42,686 nt of DNA, taken from positions 23,411,793 to 23,454,478 of the forward strand of contig NC_068991.1 of the NCBI RefSeq assembly GCF_001194135.2. The letters are read 5' to 3'. This DNA is from Octopus bimaculoides. Its lineage: Eukaryota. Position 1 is the first letter of the stretch, and each line of letters opens with the position of its first letter. The translations under genes were made by a program, and so were the position numbers. Positions 1 to 13,700 of the stretch are shown in pieces. The notes beneath the pieces were generated by a model that saw only the letters and a program-made list of their open reading frames with translations, did no database searches and was not told the DNA's origin.

Positions 1-290
1 CTCTGATAGCCCACAGATGGTAATTCAACAATTTCCTCTCACAGCTGCACACTCATCTGTGATGTTTTTCTCAATTCTGCTGGTTGTAGGTCTCCCAGGA
101 CGTTTGTCAATATCGACATATTTTCAGCCATCTTGGAAACGTCTGAACCACTCGTAAACTTGTGTGCGACTCATACACTCCTCTCCATACACTTTCTGCA
201 ACTTTGCATTAGCCTCTGAGCAGGTATCACCATGACAATTTTCTCTGTCATTTCTCTGCGTGTAGCATGTGATCATAACATTGATCATGT
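1..290 (-). mobile_element. Degraded mariner transposase N-terminus (continues beyond window start)
   Basis: Minus strand reads KLQKVYGEECMSRTQVYEWFRRFQDG*KYVDIDKRPGRPTTS, the mariner HTH/linker pattern, with in-frame stops. Confidence 0.85.
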
Positions 291-397
291 AGAAGCAATA
301 ATATTTGAACTGATGGCCATATACAATAAATGTATGTAGAAGCCTGGCAGGTAAGTAAGTTATTTTTTTATATTACAATACATACATTCACATATTA

Positions 398-612
398 TTC
401 TTTTACTCTTTTACTTGTTTCAGTCATTTGACTGTGGCCATGCTAGAGCACCACCTTTAGTCGAACAAATCAACCCCAGGACTTATTCTTTGGAAGCCTA
501 GTACTTATTCTATCGGTCTCTTTTGCCGAACCGCTAAGTTATGGGGACGTAAACACACCACCATCGGTTGTCAAGCGATGGTGGGGGGGACAAACACAAA
601 CACACAAACATA
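398..612 (-). mobile_element. SINE 3' half, well-preserved copy with (TAAAAGA) tail
   Basis: Same sequence recurs at 2150-2208, 11986-12188, 12203-12403 and 42655-end. This copy keeps its CpGs. Confidence 0.8.
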
Positions 613-646
613 CACACACACACACACACACACATATATATGTATG

Positions 647-683
<37 letters not shown>

Positions 684-1139
684 NNNNNNNNNNNNNNNNN
701 NNNNNNNNNNNNNNNNNNNNNNNNNNNNNNNNNNNNNNNNNNNNNNNNNNNNNNNNNNNNNNNNNNNNNNNNNNNNNNNNNNNNNNNNNNNNNNNNNNNN
801 NNNNNNNNNNNNNNNNNNNNNNNNNNNNNNNNNNNNNNNNNNNNNNNNNNNNNNNNNNNNNNNNNNNNNNNNNNNNNNNNNNNNNNNNNNNNNNNNNNNN
901 NNNNNNNNNNNNNNNNNNNNNNNNNNNNNNNNNNNNNNNNNNNNNNNNNNNNNNNNNNNNNNNNNNNNNNNNNNNNNNNNNNNNNNNNNNNNNNNNNNNN
1001 NNNNNNNAGGACAGACAAACATAAAAGGGGTGAAGTAGCTGTATCGATTAAATATTTACAATTTTAAATATACAATAAAAATTGGATTATATTTACAATG
1101 TTCAATTAAAGCATTGCTCATTACAGATGCAATTTGTAA

Positions 1140-1460
1140 TGGCATTCCTGAAGGATAGGCATCTGACCACCAGGGTAGACCCCTTGCCTTTTCTTTCCCT
1201 TGTTTTTGGCTCCCACTTACCTGGTGCCAAACACTCCCAGCTTCCTCGCCACAGGCTTCCATCTTCTCATGAATCTGTCTTGTGACAGATACCTCTTCTC
1301 CAGCCTGATCTTACTACTGAGGTGGTAACAAAAAAAGTTAACTAACCCCTGGCCAGATACAAAGGTATCTGTCACTATGCTTCTTACATGTGTCTTCCAT
1401 ACTGTTTCTTTCAGTATGGCTACTAAGCAGGAAAAGCAAGCCTGCCTGTTACACATATGT
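1140..1460 (-). mobile_element. Probable L1/Tx1-type LINE C-terminal remnant
   Basis: Minus ORF ends ...KIRLEKRYLSQDRFMRRWKPVAR, resembling Tx1-clade ORF2 C-termini. Weak, by-eye match. Confidence 0.45.
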
Positions 1461-2289
1461 CATATACATTACATATAATATTATAAATTATGTATATTCA
1501 CAGTCATCAAATATATAAAGAATGTTGCTGGGTAAATTAGGAATGTTCTTATCTTATCTCAACTTTAAACTTTAATATATTCTACTTGGCACTCCATTGT
1601 CTTGGCCACCTACAGTGATTTAGTCTCTTTACAAGAATTTTTAATACATACATACACACACACATATATGTATATTATATATTATATATTTACATGTATG
1701 TATATACACACACACACACACACATATGCATACACACACTCATAAATAGAACAGAAGATTATTTTGTTAGTAAATCTTTTCTCATCTCACTGATGACATT
1801 GATTTAATAGATGCCTTCTAAGGTTTGAGAACAAGTAATTTATTGTGTATGTATATGTATGCATTCGTGATGTATGTATGTATGTATGTATGTATGTATG
1901 TATGTATGTATGTACGTATGTATGAGTGTATAGATAGATACACATTACACATTCACCTACAGGTCAAGTTTTCTTCTTGTCCCATCCCTAATACTACTAT
2001 TCCATTTACTCCCTACTCACATTCTTTACATACCTAAGTAATTCATAATGCTACATGGATTACTGACCATGATAGACAACTCCTACAATTAACCACCACC
2101 CAACTTCTTCCAAATCCTTCCTTATCACAGTCATACATGCACACAGGTATCTTTTACATCTTTTACTTGTTTCAGTCATTAGACTGTGGCCATGATGGGG
2201 CACTGCCTATATAAATATATATACATATAAACCCTACACTTCCCTTATTGCAATGCTCTTAGATGAATTCTAAGAAGAATAAAACATGA

Positions 2290-4020
2290 CCAATCTTGTT
2301 AGAGCCATTGTCTTGGTGTGGTTGAGTCTTCCTCTCAACAAGGTTTTGTCATTAGCCATGGTCCTTTGTGGTTCTTCATAAGGTTCAAACTCTTGAGATC
2401 AATCTTCACCACTTCATCCCATCTTTTTCTCAGTCTCTCTTGTCACAGTTTCTATCCAGCTGGAATGATTGTTACTTCCTTACACAACTAATAACCTCTA
2501 ACTGTATCAAATGATCATACGAGCAGTCTTCACTCTTACATATTGCTACTATGCTTTCAGAACATCTGCCTTCCCTGTTGAGTCAATCATTTTGGCAACA
2601 AAAGCTTTCAACTACTTCAAAGTAGATGTCTGAATATTTGAAAGAATCTATTTCGTGTTTCTTCTTACAACTAACTGTTCCACTTCATCTACCATATATA
2701 AAGTCTACTTTTAATATCAGCCTACCTTTGATCCCATAACACCTCTTGCATATCCATATTTACACTTACATGTTATGAAAATCCTGATATTTCCTTTCCT
2801 GCATATTGAGCATGGCCACTACCCCTTCCAATTTTGTAATTTCTCCAGTAAATATTTGACAGCTTCAACTGTGAGAACTTGGTCTTCAACATATAGGAGT
2901 TACTACAAACAGCTGGTCTTAAATTCCTTTTATGGCTTGGAGAATTATAGTAAACACAAGGGAGCAAAGAGCTAAGTTTTGATGGATGCCAACCTGTCTT
3001 CAACATTTGTTGCAGAACTCATTTGCTAACTCACACCTTGTTGAAGATACTTCTGTACATGGCTTGCACGCCTTCACAAGTCATTCATCTCTTATTTTCA
3101 TTTGCAACCACCAGGCTACAGAGCATAGAACCCTATCAAAGACCTTCTCCAGTTCAAAAAATGCTATTTAGAGTGGATTACATCTAGCTAATTACTTTTG
3201 CAGTTGTTACTCCAGGAACAAGGCACCATAGTACTTTTTCCTAGCACAAAGCCAACTATATCAAGTAGCTAGAAGAAGTGTTAGGCACAGACGTGACTGT
3301 GTGGTAAGAAGCTTGCTTTCCAACCATATGGTTCTGGGTTCAGTCCCACTGTGTGGCACTTTGGGCAAGTGTCTTCTACTATAGCCTCAGGCCAAACAAA
3401 GCTTTGAGTGAATTTGGTAGGAGGAAATGGAAAGAAGCCTGTAATGTGTGTGTGTGTGTGTGTGTGTGTGTATTTCTATATATTTATCTATGTGTGCATG
3501 TCTGTGTTTGTCCTCCACCTGACAAAATCTGAAAGTAAGAGATTTACTAATGTGATGAGAAGATCAGAGGTCAATTATTTTCCTAATCAGTTATGTTATA
3601 TAACTCTTAGAGTAACTTTCATAATCTGGTCCATCGACTTGATGTCTCTGGAACTTCTTCTTTCTGGTGCATCTCCTTTCCTGTTGTAGTTGATGATAAT
3701 CTGTTAGGCCAGTTACAGGACAAGATGCCTGTACTACTTATGAGACTGACCAGCATGTATTTTCAACCTCTCAGTTGCTATACCTAAGGTTCAGTTCCCT
3801 TCCCTGCTTTTATATCTCTAATTGTACCTTCAACCATACAACTGTCAACTTCACTAACAGGCTCCTTTGTTGAAGTATTTTATCTCCCAGGCATTCTCCT
3901 CATTCAACACCCTCAAGTAGTAACATTTCCATGCTTCTTTCTTTTCAGCATCAGTGAAGGCAAGTGTGTCATTCTCATTCCAAATACTCTTTTCTCTGAA
4001 TGATGTTTTGTTTCACAACG
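2290..4020 (-). mobile_element. Decayed RTE-clade LINE ORF, interrupted by a SINE at about 3283-3520
   Basis: Minus-strand peptides in colinear order: LNEENAWE (about 3890-3915), AFFELEKVFDRV (3129-3164, RT motif), EVVESFC (about 2600-2620), RKRWDEVVKIDLK (about 2400-2440). Confidence 0.75.
3283..3520 (+). mobile_element. tRNA-headed SINE 5' part
   Basis: A-box-like tgactgtgtgg, B-box-like ggttcagtccc, CORE-like ttgggcaagtgtctt, then (GT)n. Related copies at about 4100-4335(-), 5162-5310(+), 16660-16810(+), 17370-17580(-), 23080-23240(-), 25080-25260(-), 25600-25740(-), 28840-28980(-). Confidence 0.8.
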
Positions 4021-5312
4021 ACCCACTGCTTTACCATCCAGAACACCTTACTCCTCTGATCTTCTCATCACATTAGTAAATCTCTTACTTTCAGCTTTTG
4101 TCAAGCAGTGGTGGAGGACAAACACAGACATGCACACACAGAGATAAGTATATAGCAATATACACACACACATTACAGGCTTCTTTCCATTTCCTCCTAT
4201 CAATTTCACTCATAAAGCTTTTGTTGGCCTGAGGCTATAGTAGAAAACACTTTCCCAAAGTGCCACACAATGGGACTGAACCCAGAACCATACAGTTGGA
4301 AAGCAAGCTTCTTACCACACTGTCACGTCTGTGCCTAACACTTCTTCGAGCTACTTGATACTGTTCCTTTTCTCATCCATCTTCGAATCTCTCCAGCCAT
4401 TACTACACCTTATCACTTTCCAAATATCTGCAACCTTGCACCAACTACAGATCTGGTCTGTCGTTCAAAATAGGCTGTCTCACAGAAATTCCCAGTTGCC
4501 CCTCAGTGTTATCAATCCCCACCTTCTTTCTTTTGTCATATACATCAGCTAGTACTTCTCTAAACCTGTCTGGTTGAAGGGGTCTTGCAGCTTCCATATC
4601 TGTCTTCTCCAGATTATCATGTCATTCACTCTGCCTAGCTCTTAAGTCACTTGATCAATAACCTATATTTGATAGTATTTTCTTCACTGAGGAAAGCCCC
4701 TCATTGTCCACAAACTTGTTTTGCTTCCTGGTCAGTATGTAATCTAGTTGCTATGCAAGTCAACTTCATTCATAGATAATCAGGTGACTGACCAGTTTCC
4801 TGTAGTACTGCAAATAGTCATTTACATCTCAGAATGCCAAGAACCTGATACCTACTCATTCTTCACACTATGTCTGTAGTTTCCAGAGTAACTATCATGG
4901 TGTTGCTTAACATATCCATTAAAGTTACTAGCCAAGATAATTAAATTATAGTAATTTGTTATTGAGATAACAATGAAAGGTTTCATAAAAAAACTGTCTC
5001 TTCATTCATCTGTCAGTTCAGTTTGTGACAATCGTTCAGAGATCACTGTTGCTGTCATATTGCCTAATTACTTTCTTTATTCTTTTCTATGCCAATGATA
5101 TGTCTAGTATTTCACGGCATTGCTGCTACTCACCCAGAAAGATTCATACCTGTGTTCAAACACAAGCATGACTGTGTAGTTAAGAAGTTTGCTTCCCAGC
5201 CACATGGTTTCAGGTTCAGTCTCATTGCATGGCATCTTGGCCAAGTGACTTCTTCTATAACCCCTAGCTGACCAAAGCCTTGTAAGTAGACAGAAATTAT
5301 AAAGAAATCCAT

Positions 5313-5358
<46 letters not shown>

Positions 5359-6201
5359 GAGGGTGGAGTGCGAGCGTTTGTGTCTCCTTTGATGTCATAT
5401 GATTTCTATAAATGGAAGTCATTTATAAAACATGTTTAGCCATGGGGAAATATGACCTTCCTTAAAAACAGGTGAGGGTTGAAAGCAGGAAGGGCATCCA
5501 GCTGTAGAAAATCTGCTCCAATGCTTTGTTTATTTCCTGCATCTGAAAGGAAGAGTTCATACATTTTTTCATTTAAATTTTGGAATAGAAAATGTGAAGC
5601 TTTTCAGTGAGGCAGAAGTTGCAGTATTTTTAACAATTCTTCAATGCCTATGCATCATCTGGTTTTTGTACGTGTATGCTTATAACCACATTTTGTTGGC
5701 ACTTTTGTCAGTAAACCCTGTTTGCCAACCTTGTACTACCACTTTACAACACTTGTATCACCATCATCATCATCATCATTTAATGTCTGTTTTCCATACT
5801 GGCAAGGCTTAATTAGTTTGACAGGATCCAGTGAGCCACAAGACTGCATTGAGATCCACTGTCAGCTTTAGAATGGCTTCAACAGGTGGGTATCCTTCCT
5901 AATGCCAACCACTTTACTGTGTATACTAGATGCTTGAATCATGCCACAGGTAGAGAGGTTGTCAAGTAACTTGCAAGACAAGGAATAAAAAGGAAATATT
6001 CCCTCAAATAAATGGGGGCAGGTATTCGTGAGAGGGAGAGGTAGCTTTAAGCCAGGTGTTGAAGGACTAAAGTTAGGACAGAGGTTCAAGCACAGGTGTA
6101 TAGCTATAGAGAGAATACACAGCCACCCATCATTATATAAGGGTAGATGGAAGTAGCTCAACAGAAAATAAATATGTTGGCTCAACAGAAAATAAATAAG
6201 A

Positions 6202-6415
6202 TGGCGAGCTGGCAGAAACATTAATGCGACGTGCAAAATGCTTAGTGGTATTTCGTCTGCCACTACGTTCTGAGTTCGAATTCAGCCGAGGTCAACTTTG
6301 CCTTTCATCCTTTCGGGGTCGATTAAATAAGTGCCAGTTACGCACTGGAGTCGATATAATCGACTTAATCCATTTGATTGTCCTTGTTTGTCTCCTTGTG
6401 GGCAGTAAAGAAATA
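6202..6415 (+). mobile_element. Second tRNA-derived SINE family, full-length copy with A-rich tail
   Basis: Head ggcgagctggcagaa, B-box gagttcgaattc, tail aaagaaataa. Flanked by repeated agaaaataaata. Confidence 0.7.
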
Positions 6416-7285
6416 AGAAAATAAATATGTTGGAGATGGAGTGCCAGAGTGACCCCTCAAGGTTCAATAAGATAATAATGAGAGAATATAGACAATGTAT
6501 TAAGGGAGCAAAAAGAGCCAGTAATTTCATAAGAGTCTAGGAGGAGAGTAACAGATTGTTAAAAATGAGCAAAGAGGTGAATGTAGTGAGTGATGAACAA
6601 GGGTGAAGGTGTGGCTGAGAGAAAATATCAGTATGGAGGGAGGTTAAGGTAAGAGAGATAAAAGTGGCCTGAGAAAGAGGAGGTGACAAGTGGAAACCTG
6701 CAGATAGATCAGAAAGGAGGCGGATGAGGTGCAGGGAGTAAGAAGAATGGGGGAGGGGGAGATATCCAGTGAAAGAGATGGTGGTCAGAGGATCATGAGA
6801 GTGATTAAAGCAACAATAGTAGGGGATATCGATGGTGGATGTGGGAAGACATTGAGAATGATAGCAAATACGAAAGTTGTTAAAGATGAGGTACGGCAGA
6901 CGAAAGTTGTTAAAGATGTAACTCAGAAAGGGAGAATCAATTCTGCCCACAAGTGATAACACCAGCCATGTAGTGCAATAGAAGAGTGATGGCGAGACAG
7001 ATGTCCAGAAGATGAGAGATGAGATGTGATTGATGGAACAGACTGGATGCAGGGGCAGGGCCCAGCATGTATAGGCTTTTAGGACCTCGTTTTCACAGTG
7101 ACAGATGTGTTTTCTCAAGCACAGCTAATTACCAATCATCTTGAGCCTTTGTCATCTCCTCTTCATGAAGCTCAACATCTTGAGATCAGCCTTCATCCCA
7201 TGTCTTCCTCGATCTCCTTCTTCTCTTTCCTTGCATAAAAAAGCTAAATATTTTCAACAAATTGAACAATGTAAAAAACTATCAC

Positions 7286-7291
7286 TTTATT
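7286..7291 (-). terminator. Probable ACAA2 polyadenylation signal AATAAA
   Basis: AATAAA on the minus strand about 85 nt after the stop codon; no transcript data. Confidence 0.55.
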
Positions 7292-7375
7292 CAAGTAATA
7301 TGTACATATGTCAAGTAAAAAACATTGTTAGAAAGTATGGATGGTCTCATTAGAAATTCTAAAAACAACGACTTA

Positions 7376-7457
7376 TTACAGATTCTCTGTAATAACAGCA
7401 ATACCTTGTCCTCCACCAATGCATGCTGAACCAAGGGCCAGTTTTCCACCTGTACGT
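7376..7457 (-). CDS. ACAA2: ACAA2 exon 11 (last coding exon)
   Basis: tatttcag|(K)[32 protein letters not shown]. Confidence 0.95.
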
Positions 7458-9736
7458 CTGAAATAGAAAATGTATTAAATAATTCAATCACAAATTTTAG
7501 TTAATTGAAGAGCAATAATTTCAACCTAATAAAGAGTTAAACAACTTGGCCTCTTTCAACAGCAATACTTACTTAGATCTGTCTTGAACCATAGGACATA
7601 TAAGGTCAGAGCTTAACTCAGATACTATGGAATATAAGAGACTGAGATTACAACTCCAGCAAACCCCTACAACAGGATGTCAGTCATTGCAGAGTTAACT
7701 TCACAGCTATTGCTGAAATTTATTTACAGCTGAGTGGACAGAGGCAACATGAAATGAAGTGTTTTGCTAGATAGAGAACCAAAATCATAAGCTGATGATC
7801 ATGAGTGCAACACTAACTACTGGGCCATAATAGATACATATATCAAAGAAGTAAGTTTGTACCTCATCTCTCTTTATAAACATTAAACAACTAAAACCTT
7901 TAAAGTTACAACAAATGCTAAGTTTCACAACCTCTGATTGTGACATTACATTTATAACATGGCAAAACTTTATAGCAAAGACTGATTCTTCTTTAGGAAC
8001 AAAAGATACTTCAGCTCTGATCCCTTGTTAAGGTCCTTTAACTATGTTAAGCAATTTGTTCATTACTGAATCACAAGGATACATGGGACTGACTGTTGTA
8101 CATCCAGTTTCCTATAGTGTTAAGCAGATGGGAGTTATATCGCCCCTGGATTAGGCTCTAAATTCAAAATTATCACTGAAGTAAACTGGCCAAGTGAAGC
8201 CAACTGACCAACTATTTGCAACAGTGAACTATGCAATAGACTACAACTTAGTAGATCAAATATGTCTTGACTAGGCTGGCTGTTGATCAAATATAGCTCA
8301 ATTAGTCTGGCTGTCAGTCAAATATGGCTCGACTAGTCTGGCTGTCAGTCAAATATGACTCAACTAGTCTGGCTGTCAGTCAAATATGGCTCGACTAGTC
8401 CGGCTGTCAGTCAAATATGGCTCGACTAGTCTGGCTGTCGGTCAAATATAGCTCAACTAGTCTGGCTGTCGGTCAAATATGGCTCGACTAGTCTGATTGT
8501 CGATCAAATATGACTCGACTAGTCTGGCTTGACTAGTTTGAATGCTGATAAAATATGGCTCAACTAGTTTGAGTGCTGATAAAATATGCCTCGACTAGTT
8601 CAAATGCTGATCAAATGTGGCTCAACTAGTTCGAATGCTGATCAAATTTCTCTCGACTAGCAAGGCTGTTGATCAAATCTCTCTCAACTAGTGCGTCTGT
8701 TGATTAAATCTCTCTCAACTAGTCTGGTTGTTGGTCAAATCTCTCTTAACTAGTGTGGCTGTTGATCAAATCACTCAACTAGTCTGGTTGTTGACCAAAT
8801 CTCTCTCAACTAGTCTGGTTAGTGATCAAATCTGTCTAGTTAATGATCAAATCTGTCAGATTGTTGATCAAATCTGTCTCTATTAGTCCAGCTGTTGATC
8901 AAATCTGACTTAACTAACCTGGTATCTGACATTCAGTCAAGACAACACCAGTATTGAAGAGGGTAACCTTGCTGATTAATAGTTTAGCTTCATTAGCCTA
9001 AACTTATAAACACATCAAAGCAAACAAGCCAAAAGCTTGTACAAAGAGACCCAGGAGATTACTCTCTTCTTCATAAAGAACCCAAAAGGTTCAACTAGAG
9101 CATGAATTTGATGCCTGGGAAAAAATAGAAACATATCAACAAAGGAGCTTCTACATAATTGCTTCACCTGCTAGTAATAGTAACCAAAATTCACTTAAGT
9201 CATACATTAGTGCCTTAAAAGAGGAAGAATACATTGGATAATGTTATCCAGCAGACATACTGCTAGAAAAAAAAGAAAGAGGGAATGGCCACAGCTTGAG
9301 TAATTTGTCATGATCCAGCTACATGAGGATTGACCTAGGGCTAAACAGCAACATTTGTAATGTCATCCCATGATGCAGAAGAAAACCTAATCCCACTCCC
9401 CATCTCAGCATTCCCCACCATCACCTCCATCCAGTATTGCACTTGAATGGGAACAAATGGGAAACTTATAATCAATGAAATCACCTTCACCCCATCTGGT
9501 TTCCACCCACTGACAGCCAAAGTGGTATGAAAAGGAAAGATGACCCACAAGTCATAAATAGGAAGAAACAAATTAGATTCTATAAAACATTTTGTACAGC
9601 ATTCTATCATCTGCACCAATTCACCACCTATAAAAATCAAATGAGCATAATATGAGTATAGGGGTGTGTCTACATTAACACCACTACCATTATTTCATAT
9701 CTACTTTCCATTTAGATGTGGGTGTGTGTTTGCAGC

Positions 9737-9787
<51 letters not shown>

Positions 9788-10731
9788 ATGTAATTTCTTC
9801 AAAGCAACCTTCCCAAGTTATTATTTGTCCTAAAATACTTGGGTTTTTTTTTTACTTGTCCAGACTTCAGTCCTATCTACCTTTATATCTGCTTCCTTTT
9901 ATTCTCTGCTTTATTGATAACTATTGTCTTTGTTTATTTTTTATATTTTTCATATTCATATTTAGGCCTTTTGTGTCACTTAGCTCTTTTACAAAATCAA
10001 CAATTTCTTGCAATTTTTCATTGCTGCCTACCAATAACTATCTATCACCAGCATATCGTATATTGTGTATATATTAGTGACAGAGGCACTATTAATACCA
10101 AGGGGTAATATTTGTCCCCACTTAAATATGGATGTTCTGTAAGAACAAAATACATTGTGGTAGTAAATACCACGAGAGAAACTTTTATATTGGCTTTTAG
10201 TGCAAAATGCTATATTGTTTATATTGTTATCAGAGAGATATTATGTTCATGCCATTGATTGTAAGTTCTTTGACCTCATTTGATTCTTTGGATGCATAAC
10301 ACGGTTAATGCCAGTGCTGCCTGACTGGTCCCATGCTGGTGGCATGTAAAAAGCCCCGTTCAAGCGTGGTCATTGTCAATACCGCCTGACTGGCTTCCGT
10401 GCTGGTGGCACATAAAAAGCACCATTCAAGTGTGGTCGATGCCAGTGCCGCCTAACTGGCCCTAATGCTGGTGGCATGTAGAAAGCACTACACTCTCGGA
10501 GTGGTTGGCACAAGTGCCAGTAAGGCGACGCTGGTAACAATCACGCTCAAATGGTGCTATTTATGTGCTACTGGCACGGAAGCCACACAGCTGCTCTGCC
10601 AATGATCATGCTCGGATGGTGCTATTAGCACTCTACTGGCATGGGTGCCAGTCATCGAATTTGGTTCAATCACGATTTCGATTTCACTTGCCCCAACAGG
10701 TCTACACAAGCCGAGTTTAGTGTCCAATGAA

Positions 10732-10768
<37 letters not shown>

Positions 10769-13700
10769 NNNNNNNNNNNNNNNNNNNNNNNNNNNNNNNN
10801 NNNNNNNNNNNNNNNNNNNNNNNNNNNNNNNNNNNNNNNNNNNNNNNNNNNNNNNNNNNNNNNNNNNNNNNNNNNNNNNNNNNNNNNNNNNNNNNNNNNN
10901 NNNNNNNNNNNNNNNNNNNNNNNNNNNNNNNNNNNNNNNNNNNNNNNNNNNNNNNNNNNNNNNNNNNNNNNNNNNNNNNNNNNNNNNNNNNNNNNNNNNN
11001 NNNNNNNNNNNNNNNNNNNNNNNNNNNNNNNNNNNNNNNNNNNNNNNNNNNNNNNNNNNNNNNNNNNNNNNNNNNNNNNNNNNNNNNNNNNNNNNNNNNN
11101 NNNNNNNNNNNNNNNNNNNNNNNNNNNNNNNNNNNNNNNNNNNNNNNNNNNNNNNNNNNNNNNNNNNNNNNNNNNNNNNNNNNNNNNNNNNNNNNNNNNN
11201 NNNNNNNNNNNNNNNNNNNNNNNNNNNNNNNNNNNNNNNNNNNNNNNNNNNNNNNNNNNNNNNNNNNNNNNNNNNNNNNNNNNNNNNNNNNNNNNNNNNN
11301 NNNNNNNNNNNNNNNNNNNNNNNNNNNNNNNNNNNNNNNNNNNNNNNNNNNNNNNNNATTACCCTAGGTTTTCCTGTCCATAAATTGTTTAACTTTATGG
11401 CATATCGTCAGACCCCAAAACCTGTTAACCTAAGACCTCTTCAAATTATGGAGGCGGAAAGACATTGTTACAAATGTAAACAAGAGGATTATCTCCCTTT
11501 ACTATTGGCCATCGATTATCGACTCCTAAATGACTCACTCGAGCCAGGGAGTATCCATTACCTTTATAACGGAGATCTTCGGGATAGGTTTGCATTTAAG
11601 GAAATTTCTGTTAGTGACTTGGAATTCACAAGATGGCGGCACAGCCGGAAGTTGATAGCCAGTGGTAAAGGGAGATAACCCCCTATTGTATACCTTAGTA
11701 GCTTTTTAAGAAACACAAGATGACAGCACAGCCATGAGTCGGCAGTCGATGGTCAATGGCAAAGGGACATAATCCACTTGTTTACATTCGTAACAAGGTC
11801 TTTCCTTCCCCAAAATTTTGAAGAGGTCTTAGACCAACAGGTTTTGGGGTCTGACGATATGCTATAAAGTTAAACCCTTTCAGGGTAATCCCATAAACCG
11901 GTCTTCCCAAGCAGTGACGGGGGCAAACACAAATGCACACACACACACACATATGTCATCACGATATATATTTGTGTATATGTGTCTGCGTCTGTCCCCC
12001 ACCACTGCTTGTCAACTGATGTTGGTGTGTTTGCGTCTCCATAATTTGGCAGTTCGGCAAAGAAAACCAATAGAATAAGTTCCAGCCTTAAAAAATTGGT
12101 GCTGGGGTCAATTAATTCGACTAAAAATTGAAGGCAGTGCCCCAACATGGCCACTGTCTAATGACTGAAACAAGTAAAAGATAAAAGATTATATATATAT
12201 AATCTTTTACCTGTATCAGTCAGATTATGGCCATGCTGGAGTATTGCCTTGAAGAAATTTTAGTTGAATGAATTGACCCCAGTACTTTTTTTTAAAGCCT
12301 GGTACAAATTCTATCAGTCCTCTATGCTGAACTGCTAAGTTATGGGGAGGTAAACACACTAGCACTGGTTGTCAGTAGTAGTGGAGGACAAACACACACA
12401 CACATGTACATGCACACATAAATATATATTGTGAATATAGTGTTCTAGGTATGATTGTCCCAAAGAAACAGAGAACCCAGCACATTTGTAGAGTAGCAAT
12501 TATACTGTGAGTGTTTGAAAGATCAGTGCCTCACAACAATGGTTAATGGTTTTATCCCAGGTGGTAATCTTATGACTAAGAATTTTAGTCACTGGGAAGT
12601 CTATAATTTTCCAATGCTTATAACAGAATATCCTATCCTTTCCTCCCTGCTCATGTCTTTGCTGCAAGTGTTGACTGGGACTAGTTCAAGAGGAAATTTA
12701 ACTGCATCAATTCACTAATTTTGCAAAAGCTATGGGCACTGCCCCTTCCACCACTAATTAATAGAAGAGGGGAAAAGATTCACTATACATTGGAAAGTGT
12801 CTAGACAGATTGCAGTGTTGATTTCAACACTTCTTCCTTCATCAGAAGAAGGGTAAGGTATGTAACCAGCAAACTACCATTAAAAACACATAATAGTTAA
12901 GTTACAGCTAACACATTTAATGAAGTGAACATCAAAAATCTAATTAGAAATAATTATCTGATGAGCATAAGACATCAGCTCAATAACTTATATTTTTAAA
13001 TCATCAAGTAAGGAAGACAACTCCACACGTGTCAGTCATATCAGCCCTTTTCAGCAAAAACAGACAACATTATAATTAGCATATTTTAAATTAGCATAAT
13101 AAAAAAATGATTCATTGAAATTTATTTACTGAGATACTAAAAATATAAAAAACATTAATTTGTCATATTTAATAGGGAAAAAAACACCCGGAGTTATTTT
13201 CCATACTTGCCAAAATGATTAAAACTTGTTAATCAATGAGTTGTCATTTCCTCATCACATAAACATTTCTAATTGTATTTTTAGTCTTCACTTTATTATG
13301 TTAACAGTAATGTTAACATGTTAACACTAATAAATTAGAAGTGTGTGTACTGTGAGGTGCTTAGTGAGAGAAAAGACGAATGAAGAAACTAGTACATCTA
13401 ATCTAACAATATTTTGTATTCTTCACTCACTTTCTCTTTGGCCATTATAATATTAGATATTAACCTTTTAAGTGAGACACTAACAGTCCTTAATGACTAT
13501 TTGAATATCCTTCTTGTGAAAGATATTCAAGAAGTCATTCTTCCCATCTTTGTTCTGCTTCTCCCCATCTGTGATCTGCATTTCACCAGAAGCTTCCATA
13601 CTAAATTTTATATGTAGTCTTTCCAGTCCAGAAACTTCTTAACTGAAGAAACCCCTTCCTTGAAGAGCTCCATCTATGTCACCCAACAAAACATTTACCT

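Noticed and set aside
3283-3360. tRNA genes at SINE heads
   Set aside because: Only degenerate A/B boxes fused to SINE bodies; no complete cloverleaf was seen.
6537-7118. 193-aa minus-strand ORF downstream of ACAA2
   Set aside because: Pyrimidine-biased sequence with no recognisable domain. Possibly an old retroelement relic, but not supportable.
8269-8920. CRISPR-like array
   Set aside because: Units are contiguous with no unique spacers, the context is eukaryotic, and there are no cas genes. It is a minisatellite.
12958-12990. CTGATGAG...CTC hammerhead-like start
   Set aside because: No GAAA box and no stem I or III. Other CTGATGA hits (about 1795, 7795, 15990, 26080, 32826) fail in the same way.
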